A DNA stretch of 13,464 nt from a candidate division WOR-3 bacterium (GCA_965648935.1 CBFGIY010000066.1:1-13464); one strand, 5' to 3'. Counted from the stretch's first letter, positions 1 to 8,175 are shown. Notes: a model not told the origin generated them from the sequence alone. Translations and numbers: made by a program.

Positions 1-86
1 GTCCTGTTGCTGCCGGCGCTCGATCTTGACGCCATACTGGCAGAGCAGTTAGCATCAGTCGGACAACCCACACACCAGGTGGGTCA

Positions 87-1852
87 CTATGTGCCTAGGA
101 AGACCCCTTGGCGAACCGGAGACAAATAGATGCCGCGGCTAGACAGGTCGGCGGAGCGACAGGCGTGAAGCGCAGTGGCCAACAGCCCGGCAACCACACT
201 CAGAACCAGCGGTCTCTCGAGGCGCCCGGTGCCGCGCTCAAGCCAGATGTATCCGACCGACTCCGTACCCCATCGCACACGGGCCAGGACCGGCTCAGAA
301 TCGGACCCTTGAACTACTGAGCCAGCCACGGCCTTGGCACGAGCGATGTCTGGTTCGCCAACGCACGCGACTGGCACCGTGCCGGCCAACACCGCGCCAT
401 GGGCGAACCCCTAGGTCAGGCAGACTGCTGCCAGCACCTCATGGCACAAAGCTGGAGGTTCAAGTCCGGCGGTGAGAAGTCCGGCGACTGCATCAACTAA
501 GGCGCTTTCCGGATCGGCAGCCCGACGTATGTCAAAGAGCATGTGGATGACTTCTGTCAGTTCAAGCACAGCCCCAAGCCGGCGAAAACCCCGTTCAGCA
601 TCCCGCAGAAGTCGCCCCGCCCTATCAGTGAAGCCCGAAGTCACCAGGAGGCGCGCGCAGTTCAATCGGACGAGTGCAAGCTCGTACGAATCGTCATTGT
701 GGTCAAGCAAGCTCACGGAGTCCTCGAAGGCTCGATGCGCGGCGTCAGTTTCGCCGTCGGCTGCCAGGACTCGGCCAAGCACACGCAACGCCATGGCCTC
801 CGTCGGCCTGGTATCATGCTCACGTGCAGCCTTCAAGGACTCAAGGAAGACCTCCCGCGCCTAGGCCATCTCGCCCATGTCGAGCAGCAGCTCGGCCTTC
901 CGCCACAGCACGTCGCTGACCAGGAAAGCATCCCCGCAGGATGCGGCACCGCGTTCCGCACGCGAGCAAACATCCAATGCCGCTACGTGTTCGCCCTGTT
1001 TGTGCAGTGCGATCCCGAGATTCATCAGTGCGTCCAGGCATACGGAGTTGGTCTGCGGCCCGCCGCCTGACTCATCCACTGACCTGCGCAGGGCGGCCAC
1101 GGCCTCACGGATGCGGCCGCGCCGCAGGAGTATCTCGCCAAGCACCGAAGAAGATTTCGCCGGCTGCTGTCCGTGGTCCAAAGGCGAATCGTCCTTGAGT
1201 TGCTCCTGCAGAGCCGCAACCGCATCATCCCATCGGCCCACATCCCTCAGAGCAATAGCTTGATTGAAAACGGCCGTCGCCCAAGCCTTTCGGTCGCCGA
1301 TGAGAACCGCCAGTTCGGCAGCCGCCTTCTGGTGGTTCAGCGCATCGTCGAGTCTGCCCATCAGGATGGAGATGTTGCCCAGCATCACGTGGACCGCCTG
1401 CCTGCCGGCGAGCAGGCCCGACGCGGTCCAGTGAACATCGGCCGCCAGCGTCAATTCACGTGCCCGCTCGAAGTCGGTCCGGCGATAGGCCAGGCCAGCC
1501 CGGCCGCCACGTAGTCATGTTGTCCAAGTATCGTATCGCGGTCGCTGCCGGTCGTCGCGACACTGGCCGCATCAGCAATCATCCCAACGAAGGACTCGGC
1601 CTGTTCTTCGCGGCCCTGTTCGGAGAGCAACTCCGCCGCATCGATCGCGTAACGGGCCATTTGGCGCGCTCTGCCGTCGCGGCGAGCCAGCATCGCTGCC
1701 TCGCGCAGGCACGCGACCGCTTCATCAATGTCCTCACCGCGCAGCGCCGTGGCAAGCTCAACCAACGCGCTCTCGCGGTCCTGTGGACTGACTGCATCGC
1801 AAACACGCCGACGCAGTGCACCAACATCGGCAACACCTTCCCCATCTCGCAT
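87..1852 (-). pseudogene. Disrupted TPR-GAF regulator, paralog of the N-terminal two-thirds of the 5462-8155 sigma54-type activator
   Basis: Four track ORFs (1451-1852, 861-1454, 411-836, 87-392) align collinearly with the 897-aa protein. Examples: ALRRRVCDAVSPQDR vs ETRRKIADAATPTER; FNQAIALRDVGRWDDAV vs YNTGLALKGMGRWEDAV; EAMALRVLG vs EAEALRVLA; DDSYELALVRL vs EDSFELARVRM; VGEPDI vs VGTPDL. The last three ORFs share one frame, separated by TAG at 861-863 and 411-413. A frameshift lies at about 1487-1496. The frame ends TAG TGA at 89-84 before any Walker A motif. Confidence 0.85.
1487..1498. repeat. 5-bp tandem duplication (AGGCC AGGCC AG) causing the frameshift in the pseudogene
   Basis: The minus strand reads GGG CTG GCC TGGCC TAT CGC. 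Deleting one 5-mer gives YVAAGLAYRRTDFERARELTLAADVHW, which aligns without gaps to YLRAYSSLNRDQFAEAEKLLEECITHW in the paralog. Confidence 0.75.
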
Positions 1853-1857
1853 ACAGC

Positions 1858-1886
1858 AATCTAGGTTGCGATAGCGGCAATGTCAA
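1858..1886 (-). promoter_or_regulatory. sigma70-type promoter for the TPR-GAF pseudogene
   Basis: Minus strand TTGACA (1886-1881), N17, TAGATT (1863-1858). The ATG at 1852 lies at about the expected transcription start. Confidence 0.65.
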
Positions 1887-1891
1887 CACCC

Positions 1892-1906
1892 CGGCTTTTT
1901 CCTTGC
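1892..1906 (+). promoter_or_regulatory. Possible sigma54 -24/-12 element upstream of the C25 protease gene
   Basis: CGGCTTTTTCCTTGC has GG (1893-1894), N10, GC (1905-1906) with a TTGC core. It deviates from TGGCAC at the -24 box and overlaps a sigma70 -35 box. Confidence 0.3.
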
Positions 1907-1930
1907 CCAACCCGAACTTACGCCTAGAAT
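1903..1930 (+). promoter_or_regulatory. sigma70-type promoter for the C25 protease gene
   Basis: TTGCCC (1903-1908), N16, TAGAAT (1925-1930). Followed by SD GGAGG (1951-1955) and GTG at 1960. Confidence 0.6.
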
Positions 1931-1959
1931 TCTGTGGACCCTGAACTTTCGGAGGCAAT

Positions 1960-4900
1960 GTGAAGAACCTGTCCGTCGTGATTCTTTTCCCGGCCCTGGT
2001 TCTGGCCGGAACGGTATCAACCACCGTCACGCTCAGTCCATCAGAGCTGTTGTTTGGCCGCCACGCCGATTATGACCTCGTCCAGTTCGGCCGTGGCGTC
2101 ATCCTGGCACGACCTGGAGAGCCGGCAGTGCCTGAGCTACCGGTCACGTGCGTGATCCCTGCCGGGGCGCGCCTTACCGGCGTGAAGGTCGAGCCGCTCG
2201 AATGGTCAGTACTGCCCGGCACCTATACCATCTGCCCGGCCCAGCAGCCGCGGCCAGTCTCGTCCAAGATGCCAGTCGCCTGGACTGCGCCTGACCCTGC
2301 CGCCTACTCTCGCTCGGCTTGGCCCGCGGAAATGCATCGCGAACCGACCCAGGGCAAGGCCGGCGGGTTCGCACTGGTTTCGGTTACCGTCGCGCCGTTG
2401 CGCTGGCTTCCAGAATCGGGCCGGCTTGAGCTCTGCAGACGGCTTCTCGTGACTTTCGAATACGAAGCTGGCCCGGCCTCGCGCTCGTTGACCAAGACCC
2501 AAGCCGAGATTCTGGGCACGAGCCTGATCGGACTGCTGGCTAACCCGTCCGATATCGGAGATTTCGCACCGCCGACCGCCGAACTGGACGGCCCCGAGGT
2601 GACCTGCCTCGTGGTCACAGCCGAAAGGTTGGCCGACGAGTTTGCTGAATTCTGCAACTGGCGCACGGCGCGAGGCATTCGCACCGAGGTGCGCACTATG
2701 GAGTGGGTCGAGCGCAACTACACCGGCCGCGACCCGCAGGAGAAACTGCGCAACGCCATCCGCGACTTCCACGAACGGCGCGGCCTTGTCTACGTGGTCT
2801 TGGCCGGCGACAACGCACTGGTTCCCTCGCGCCGCATACACGTCCGAGTCGGCCAGGAGCGCGGCGAGATTCCAACCGACCTGTACTACGCAGACCTCGA
2901 CTGGTCCTGGGACTCCAACAACAACAACATGTTCGGAGAAATGAGTGACTCGGTGGACTTCTATGCCGATGTGCTTGTCGGCCGGGCGTCAGTTGACCGC
3001 CCCGAAGAGGCGCAGGCCTTTTTCGGCAAGCTGCGCACATACGAAGCAGATCCCGATCCGGACTACGTCAGAAGAGCGCTGCTGCCCTCAGGCTGGCTCT
3101 GGCGCTCGATCGGCTATCACGGCCGGATTGTCAACGATTCTATCGCCAACCTCACACCGCCCGTATGGCAAGACATCCATCTGGTCAATCCTTCGGGTGC
3201 AGCGGTAGTGGCCGAGTCGCTGGAGCGCGGCTTCGCCCTCTTCGACCCGGCTGGCCACGGCAACGAGGGCGGTGTCTATGACGAAGACGGTACGCCGATC
3301 TACACGTCAAGCTACGCCCGAACGCAGCGCGGCGCGCGACGCTACAGCATAATGACCTCGCTGGCCTGCACACCGGGCAACTTCGAATTCGAGGACTGCA
3401 TCGCCGAGCTCGCCCACAATAACCCGCAAGCCGGCTGCATCGCAGTGATGATGAACTCGCGCTATGGCTGGGGCACGCCGCCCTCTTTTGGTCCCTCCGA
3501 GAAGCTCTGCGCCCGGTTCTTTGACTTTCTCTTTGCGCGCGGCCAGACCGGACTTGGCGCCTGTCACAGCCGCTCGCGCGAGGAATACGCCGGCATCGCC
3601 CTCTATGACCAGCTCTGGCGTTGGTGCATGACCGAGTTCAACCTGTTCGGCGACCCGGCGATGGACATCTGGACTGCCCCTCCGGCCGCAACCGAGCTGT
3701 CGACACCGGACAGCATTCTGACCGGCAGTCGCGAAGTCGTTGTGAGCGTCAGCAGCGGCGGCCGTCCAGTGCCGGGAGCGCTGGTCTGCGCCCTCAAGCC
3801 CGCTGAGGTCTTCGTGACAGCCCGCACCGATGCCTCCGGTACCGCCGTTCTTTTGATGCGACCCGGTACGCCGGGAGAACTGACCGTCACTGCGACGGTC
3901 CACGACTTCCTGCCAGCCCAGCGCGCGGTACGGGTCGGACCGGGCTCGGCCGCGCCTTGGCTGACCCTGACTGGCGTTGCGATAGAAGACTCTGGACAGC
4001 CGAACCCGAACGGCGTACTCGAACCAGGCGAGACCGGCCGGTTGATGCTGACCGTACGCAACACCGGCAACCTGACCGCGACCAACGCTCGATTGGCCCT
4101 GCGAGCTCTGTCTGGCGGCATTGCCCTGTCTGATTCGCTTGTTGATATCGGCTCGATACCGGCTGGTGATTCTCTCACCGTGTCAGCGGCTGACGTCACG
4201 GCCTCGCCCTCCGTCCTGCCCGGGTCCAAGGCGGAGTTCGAACTGCTCTTGCGCTCGACCGAAGGTGACTGGGAGTCGGACTTCGCGCTGGACATAGGCT
4301 GGCCTGGCCGCACGGTTGCTGAAGTCAAAGCCGGTCAGTTGGTGCTGTCCGTGACTGCGCGCGGCACGATCGGCTGGGACCGCGAGTCCATTCGGCCGGG
4401 GCGCGGGCTCCGCTTCCCTGCGACCGACACCTCCAGTCTGCGCACAGCGTCGTTCGTATTCGCCGACAACGCAGGTCGGGTCGTAGACCGGTTCTACAGC
4501 ACCGCACGAAGCAGCGACACCGACTGGGCCCTGGCCGAAAGCGTGCACTCAAGGGCACCTCTTTGGGGCTCGACCGCATGCTACACTTCGGCCTTCTCGG
4601 ATGCCGCCCACCCTGACCCGCGTGGGATTCTGGTCTACCAGCGTGCGCTCAGCATACCTCTTCCCGAGGGCGATGGCTGGGTCGCGCTGGTCTACGACAT
4701 CCACAACACCGGCCCTGAATCACTCATCAGTCAAGCCGGTGTGCTGGCTGACTTCGACGTTCGGGCCACTGACCGGTTCCACGACATCGCCGGAACCCTG
4801 CCAGACCACGGCCTCGCCTGGATGCGCAATGTGCAGGACAACGGCCGCTGGGTCGGTCTGGCGTGCCTCTCCGGGCCAGGTCCGGCAGTGCTCGCGTGCA

Positions 4901-5403
4901 TCGACCACGCGCGCTACGTCAACCCGGACTCCGCCTTGACCGATGATATGAAGTTTCGCATACTATGCGGCCGGCTTGGCTCCACGATGTCCGACCGCCC
5001 GTTCGACTGGACCGTCGCGGTCGGAGTTGCTCCTTTCGCTCTGGCAGCGGGAGGCCGCCAGCGGGTTGCCTTTGCTCTGGTCGGGGGAGTCGACTCACTC
5101 GCCCTGATCGATGCCTGCCGCCGGGCTCATCAATGGTATGACACCAGCGTTGGCATCCTGGACAACCAGACGTCAAGCCCGACTCGCATCACACACCGCG
5201 CAACCGTCGCACGCGGCGTGCTCCGGCTCGCTGGTCCATCGTCCGGGCTTCGTCACGCGACACTGGTCGACGCAAGCGGCCGCCACGTGATCGTCCTCAA
5301 GAGTGGCACCAACGACATCTCCCGCCTGCCCGCTGGTGTCTACTTTGTTCGCACAGTGACGGATACTGGCACAGCTGTTGATGCGGTCAGGCTCGTCCGA
5401 TAG
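1960..5403 (+). CDS. Secreted C25-family (gingipain-like) cysteine peptidase with propeptide, Ig-like modules and T9SS type A-like C-terminal sorting domain
   Basis: 1147-aa ORF with SD GGAGG and a short signal peptide (MKNLSVVILFPALVLA). Propeptide motifs PGEPAVP and VAPLRWLPESGRL. C25 motifs YVVLAGD, PTDLYYADLD, DVLVGR, catalytic AGHG (His433, 3256-3258) and SLAC (Cys470, 3367-3369), and NLFGDP. An NPNGVLEPGET Ig-like module follows, and the C-terminus reads LVDASGR...LPAGVYFVR. Confidence 0.9.
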   Translation: MKNLSVVILFPALVLAGTVSTTVTLSPSELLFGRHADYDLVQFGRGVILARPGEPAVPELPVTCVIPAGARLTGVKVEPLEWSVLPGTYTICPAQQPRPVSSKMPVAWTAPDPAAYSRSAWPAEMHREPTQGKAGGFALVSVTVAPLRWLPESGRLELCRRLLVTFEYEAGPASRSLTKTQAEILGTSLIGLLANPSDIGDFAPPTAELDGPEVTCLVVTAERLADEFAEFCNWRTARGIRTEVRTMEWVERNYTGRDPQEKLRNAIRDFHERRGLVYVVLAGDNALVPSRRIHVRVGQERGEIPTDLYYADLDWSWDSNNNNMFGEMSDSVDFYADVLVGRASVDRPEEAQAFFGKLRTYEADPDPDYVRRALLPSGWLWRSIGYHGRIVNDSIANLTPPVWQDIHLVNPSGAAVVAESLERGFALFDPAGHGNEGGVYDEDGTPIYTSSYARTQRGARRYSIMTSLACTPGNFEFEDCIAELAHNNPQAGCIAVMMNSRYGWGTPPSFGPSEKLCARFFDFLFARGQTGLGACHSRSREEYAGIALYDQLWRWCMTEFNLFGDPAMDIWTAPPAATELSTPDSILTGSREVVVSVSSGGRPVPGALVCALKPAEVFVTARTDASGTAVLLMRPGTPGELTVTATVHDFLPAQRAVRVGPGSAAPWLTLTGVAIEDSGQPNPNGVLEPGETGRLMLTVRNTGNLTATNARLALRALSGGIALSDSLVDIGSIPAGDSLTVSAADVTASPSVLPGSKAEFELLLRSTEGDWESDFALDIGWPGRTVAEVKAGQLVLSVTARGTIGWDRESIRPGRGLRFPATDTSSLRTASFVFADNAGRVVDRFYSTARSSDTDWALAESVHSRAPLWGSTACYTSAFSDAAHPDPRGILVYQRALSIPLPEGDGWVALVYDIHNTGPESLISQAGVLADFDVRATDRFHDIAGTLPDHGLAWMRNVQDNGRWVGLACLSGPGPAVLACIDHARYVNPDSALTDDMKFRILCGRLGSTMSDRPFDWTVAVGVAPFALAAGGRQRVAFALVGGVDSLALIDACRRAHQWYDTSVGILDNQTSSPTRITHRATVARGVLRLAGPSSGLRHATLVDASGRHVIVLKSGTNDISRLPAGVYFVRTVTDTGTAVDAVRLVR

Positions 5404-5420
5404 ATGGCGCAGAAGCGACA

Positions 5421-5448
5421 CGCGGGGCGGCAGTGTTGCCGCCCCGCG
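5421..5448. terminator. GC-rich 12-bp hairpin between convergent genes, probable bidirectional terminator
   Basis: CGCGGGGCGGCA-GTGT-TGCCGCCCCGCG is a perfect inverted repeat in the 58-bp gap between the stops at 5403 and 5462. There is no clear U-tract on either side. Confidence 0.65.
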
Positions 5449-5461
5449 GTCTGATCAACAA

Positions 5462-8155
5462 CTACTGCCGCGGCCGGGTGATGCCGTACCGCTTCATCAG
5501 CCGGTAGAACTGCGCCCGGCTGTACCCGGCGAGTGCAGCGGCACGCGTGACCTGCCAACCCGCGCGCTCCAAGTACTGCCTTATCAGCGCTGCCTCGGCC
5601 GCGCCGGATTGACTAGGCAAGTGCTGCGGACCAGAAGTTGGCGGTCGAGTTGGCGTGGACCGCTGTCCCGTCGCCGTGCCGCCGCGCACGGCCTGAGGCA
5701 ACGAATCGAGAGTTATGATACCATCCTCGGCGAGAAGCACGGCTCGCTCGACAGCATGCTGCAGCTCGCGGACATTGCCCGGCCAGTCGTACTGGCACAG
5801 TGCATCGAGAGCTGCCGGATCGCACCGGTTCACACTGCGGCCGAACTCGCTGTCAGCGTGACGAATGAAGTAGTCCACCAGCAACGGGATATCCTCGCGC
5901 CGGTCGCGCAGTGGCGGCAGTCTCAGTTCAACCGTGTTCAAACGATAGTAGAGGTCAGAACGGAACCGGCCATCGGCCATAAGCCGCTCGACTTCCTGGT
6001 TCGTGGCGGTAACGATCCGCACATCAAGCTTCACCGGTCGGCTCGCACCGACCCGTTCACAGACTTTCTCCTGCAGAACCCGGAGAAGCTTCGCCTGCAG
6101 GTTCGGGCTCATCTCCGCGATCTCATCGAGAAAGATCGTGCCGTTCTGGGCCTGCTCGAATCGACCTGCCCGCGCCGCAACCCCGGTCGCGGCGCCCTTG
6201 TCTACTCCGAAGAACTCCGCCTCCATCAGCGCTTCGGGCAACGCTGCGCAGTTCACCGCTACGAAGGGCCCGCCCGCGCGCGGGCTCGACTCGTGCAGCG
6301 CCCGCGCCACCAGTTCCTTGCCAGTGCCGCTCTCGCCACGAATCAGCACCGGAACGCCCGCGCCCGCGACCCGCGCCACCACGGCAAGAACGTCGCGCAT
6401 CGCCCGGCTCACGCCAACCACCCCGGTATAGCGCAGCCCGGCCATCACCCGAGATTCGGCTGCAGCCTCAGCCGCGCTGGCGGTCACCTCTCCAACACGC
6501 TGTACCATCGGCGCCAACAGGCTGGCAAGCGTCTCCAGGACCATCGATCTCGGCTCATCGGCAGTGGGCTCCGACCGACTGAAATAAAGCGTGCCGAGAA
6601 CGCGGCCCTGGTAGCGCACCGGGACGACGAGCGACAGCGGGGTGCGCGTCTTCTCAACCACTGCGGCTGCCAACCGCGCCTCGTTAAGGTCGGGCGTGCC
6701 AACAACCAGAACGGCCCGATCCTCAATCAGCAGCACCGCGGCGTCAAATCGCAGAGCGTCCATCATCAGCTCAAGCGCGCGTGTGATGAACACCTGCGGG
6801 TCCAACCCGAGCGACACCAGTCCCGACACGCCCTGGAGCAGGGCCAGGTCTCTGTCCGCCGCAACATCGAGGCCGAAAAGCGCCCGGCTGGCCTGGCCCG
6901 ACTCGGCCGTGGCCGATAGTCGACGAAAGACACGATTCGCCGCCTGCAACAAGTCACGCGCCTTCAGCGTATCCCCTGCGTCGGCTGCGAGCAAACCCTG
7001 CTGCATCCGCACGCGGGCCAGCTCGAAACTGTCTTCGCCGCCGGACAGCAAGCTGGCCGCAGACTGGAGACTGACCGCGGCACCAGAGCGATCTCCATTG
7101 GCCACCTGGACGAGGGCCAGAACACGCAGTGCTTCCGCCTCCTGAGGCGCCAACTTGTGCCTGCCGGCGATATCCACAGCCTCGCGGGTCCACGCCTCGG
7201 CCTCGCCCAAGCGACCTGACTTCACGGCAACCTCGGCGCGCGCGGTCAGCAGACGCGCGCGGAAGTAGGGCCGACCCTCGGCAAGGACAAACGGCTCGCA
7301 TTCGGTCAGAACCTGCTCAGCACGGGCTAGGTCTCCTTGCCGCCTGTAGGCCTCAGCCAAGTGCAGTATTGACTCGCGAACCTGATCTGTTCCGCACCCT
7401 CTGCCACCGACAAGACGTGTCACCTGTCCGAACAGGTCGATCGCGCGAGCGAGCCGATCGCGCAAGAGAAACACTTCGCCCAGCAGTTCAAGGGCCTCGG
7501 CCTGCTGTGCCACCAGGCCAGCGCGCTCGGCCAGAGCCAGTGCCTGGTAAGCCGCTTCGACCGCATCTTCCCAACGACCCATTCCCTTCAAGGCCAATCC
7601 GGTGTTGTAGTAGCCGACCGAGCGCCCGTAGAGGTCGTCCGGCGGCAGAAGAGCAAGCGACTGCTGGTACTGGCGCAGCGCGTCAGCCGGCCGGCCTTGC
7701 ATCAGTGCGCTTGAACCGAGTAAGTCGTGCGCCACGCTCAGGCCATGTTCGAACCGATCCGCCTCCCAGTGCGTGATACACTCCTCAAGCAGCTTCTCGG
7801 CCTCGGCGAACTGGTCGCGGTTGAGCGAGCTGTATGCTCTCAGATAGCAGTAGGAACCCTTCAGTCTGCGGTTGTCGGTTCGCGTAACAGCACGACCGAA
7901 CACCTCAAGTGTCTTATCACTCTCGCTTATTCGTCCGTGGGCGTCGTACAGATTGCACAGATTGCGGCAAACGTGACATATCCTCTCAGGATCATCAAGC
8001 GACTGCGCTTCGGCCAGTGCGTCACGCAGTAGCTGTTCCCACTCCTCCCCCAGATCGGAGGATAGCTCGCCGGCCCCAGCTAGGACGATGTCAATCCGCT
8101 CGGTCGGAGTTGCAGCATCGGCTATCTTGCGCCTGGTCTCCTCGATTCCTGCCAC
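5462..8155 (-). CDS. TPR-repeat, GAF-like, sigma54-interacting AAA+ and Fis-type HTH transcriptional regulator (bacterial enhancer-binding protein family)
   Basis: 897 aa, GTG start after purine-rich AAGAGGCAGAG. The N-terminus has helical TPR-like repeats, then a GAF-like segment (SLVVPVRYQGRVLGTLYF). AAA+ motifs: Walker A GESGTGKE, FVAVNCAAL, GAATGV in place of GAFTGA, Walker B FLDEI, FRSDLYYRLN, WPGNVREL. The C-terminal HTH is VTRAAALAGYSRAQFYRLMKRYGI. Confidence 0.92.
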   Translation of the reverse strand: MAGIEETRRKIADAATPTERIDIVLAGAGELSSDLGEEWEQLLRDALAEAQSLDDPERICHVCRNLCNLYDAHGRISESDKTLEVFGRAVTRTDNRRLKGSYCYLRAYSSLNRDQFAEAEKLLEECITHWEADRFEHGLSVAHDLLGSSALMQGRPADALRQYQQSLALLPPDDLYGRSVGYYNTGLALKGMGRWEDAVEAAYQALALAERAGLVAQQAEALELLGEVFLLRDRLARAIDLFGQVTRLVGGRGCGTDQVRESILHLAEAYRRQGDLARAEQVLTECEPFVLAEGRPYFRARLLTARAEVAVKSGRLGEAEAWTREAVDIAGRHKLAPQEAEALRVLALVQVANGDRSGAAVSLQSAASLLSGGEDSFELARVRMQQGLLAADAGDTLKARDLLQAANRVFRRLSATAESGQASRALFGLDVAADRDLALLQGVSGLVSLGLDPQVFITRALELMMDALRFDAAVLLIEDRAVLVVGTPDLNEARLAAAVVEKTRTPLSLVVPVRYQGRVLGTLYFSRSEPTADEPRSMVLETLASLLAPMVQRVGEVTASAAEAAAESRVMAGLRYTGVVGVSRAMRDVLAVVARVAGAGVPVLIRGESGTGKELVARALHESSPRAGGPFVAVNCAALPEALMEAEFFGVDKGAATGVAARAGRFEQAQNGTIFLDEIAEMSPNLQAKLLRVLQEKVCERVGASRPVKLDVRIVTATNQEVERLMADGRFRSDLYYRLNTVELRLPPLRDRREDIPLLVDYFIRHADSEFGRSVNRCDPAALDALCQYDWPGNVRELQHAVERAVLLAEDGIITLDSLPQAVRGGTATGQRSTPTRPPTSGPQHLPSQSGAAEAALIRQYLERAGWQVTRAAALAGYSRAQFYRLMKRYGITRPRQ

Positions 8156-8175
8156 CTCTGCCTCTTGCCCAAAGA

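Noticed and set aside
87..863. Three in-frame TAG codons suggesting amber recoding or pyrrolysine read-through
   Set aside because: TAG is the true stop of the protease (5401-5403), the regulator (5462-5464) and fabG (8176-8178). The two internal TAGs align to different residues (Glu, Leu), and the gene also carries a frameshift, so decay is the simpler explanation.
1958..1963. ATG-TGA start-stop mini-ORF overlapping the protease GTG start
   Set aside because: It lies only 2 nt from the SD, too close for efficient initiation, and arises trivially from AT followed by GTG A.
2917..2928. (AAC)4 microsatellite as a phase-variation tract
   Set aside because: It is an in-frame Asn run in a WDSNNNNMFGE loop resembling a calcium-binding motif. 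It is short, and unit changes would not shift the frame.
5367..5381. TGGCACAGCTGTTGA sigma54-like box
   Set aside because: It has GA instead of GC at -12, lies inside the protease 3' end, and points into the hairpin with no downstream plus-strand gene.
5378..6919. 513-aa plus-strand ORF
   Set aside because: Antisense shadow of the AAA+ regulator. It is Arg/His/Gln-rich with no motifs and runs through the intergenic hairpin.
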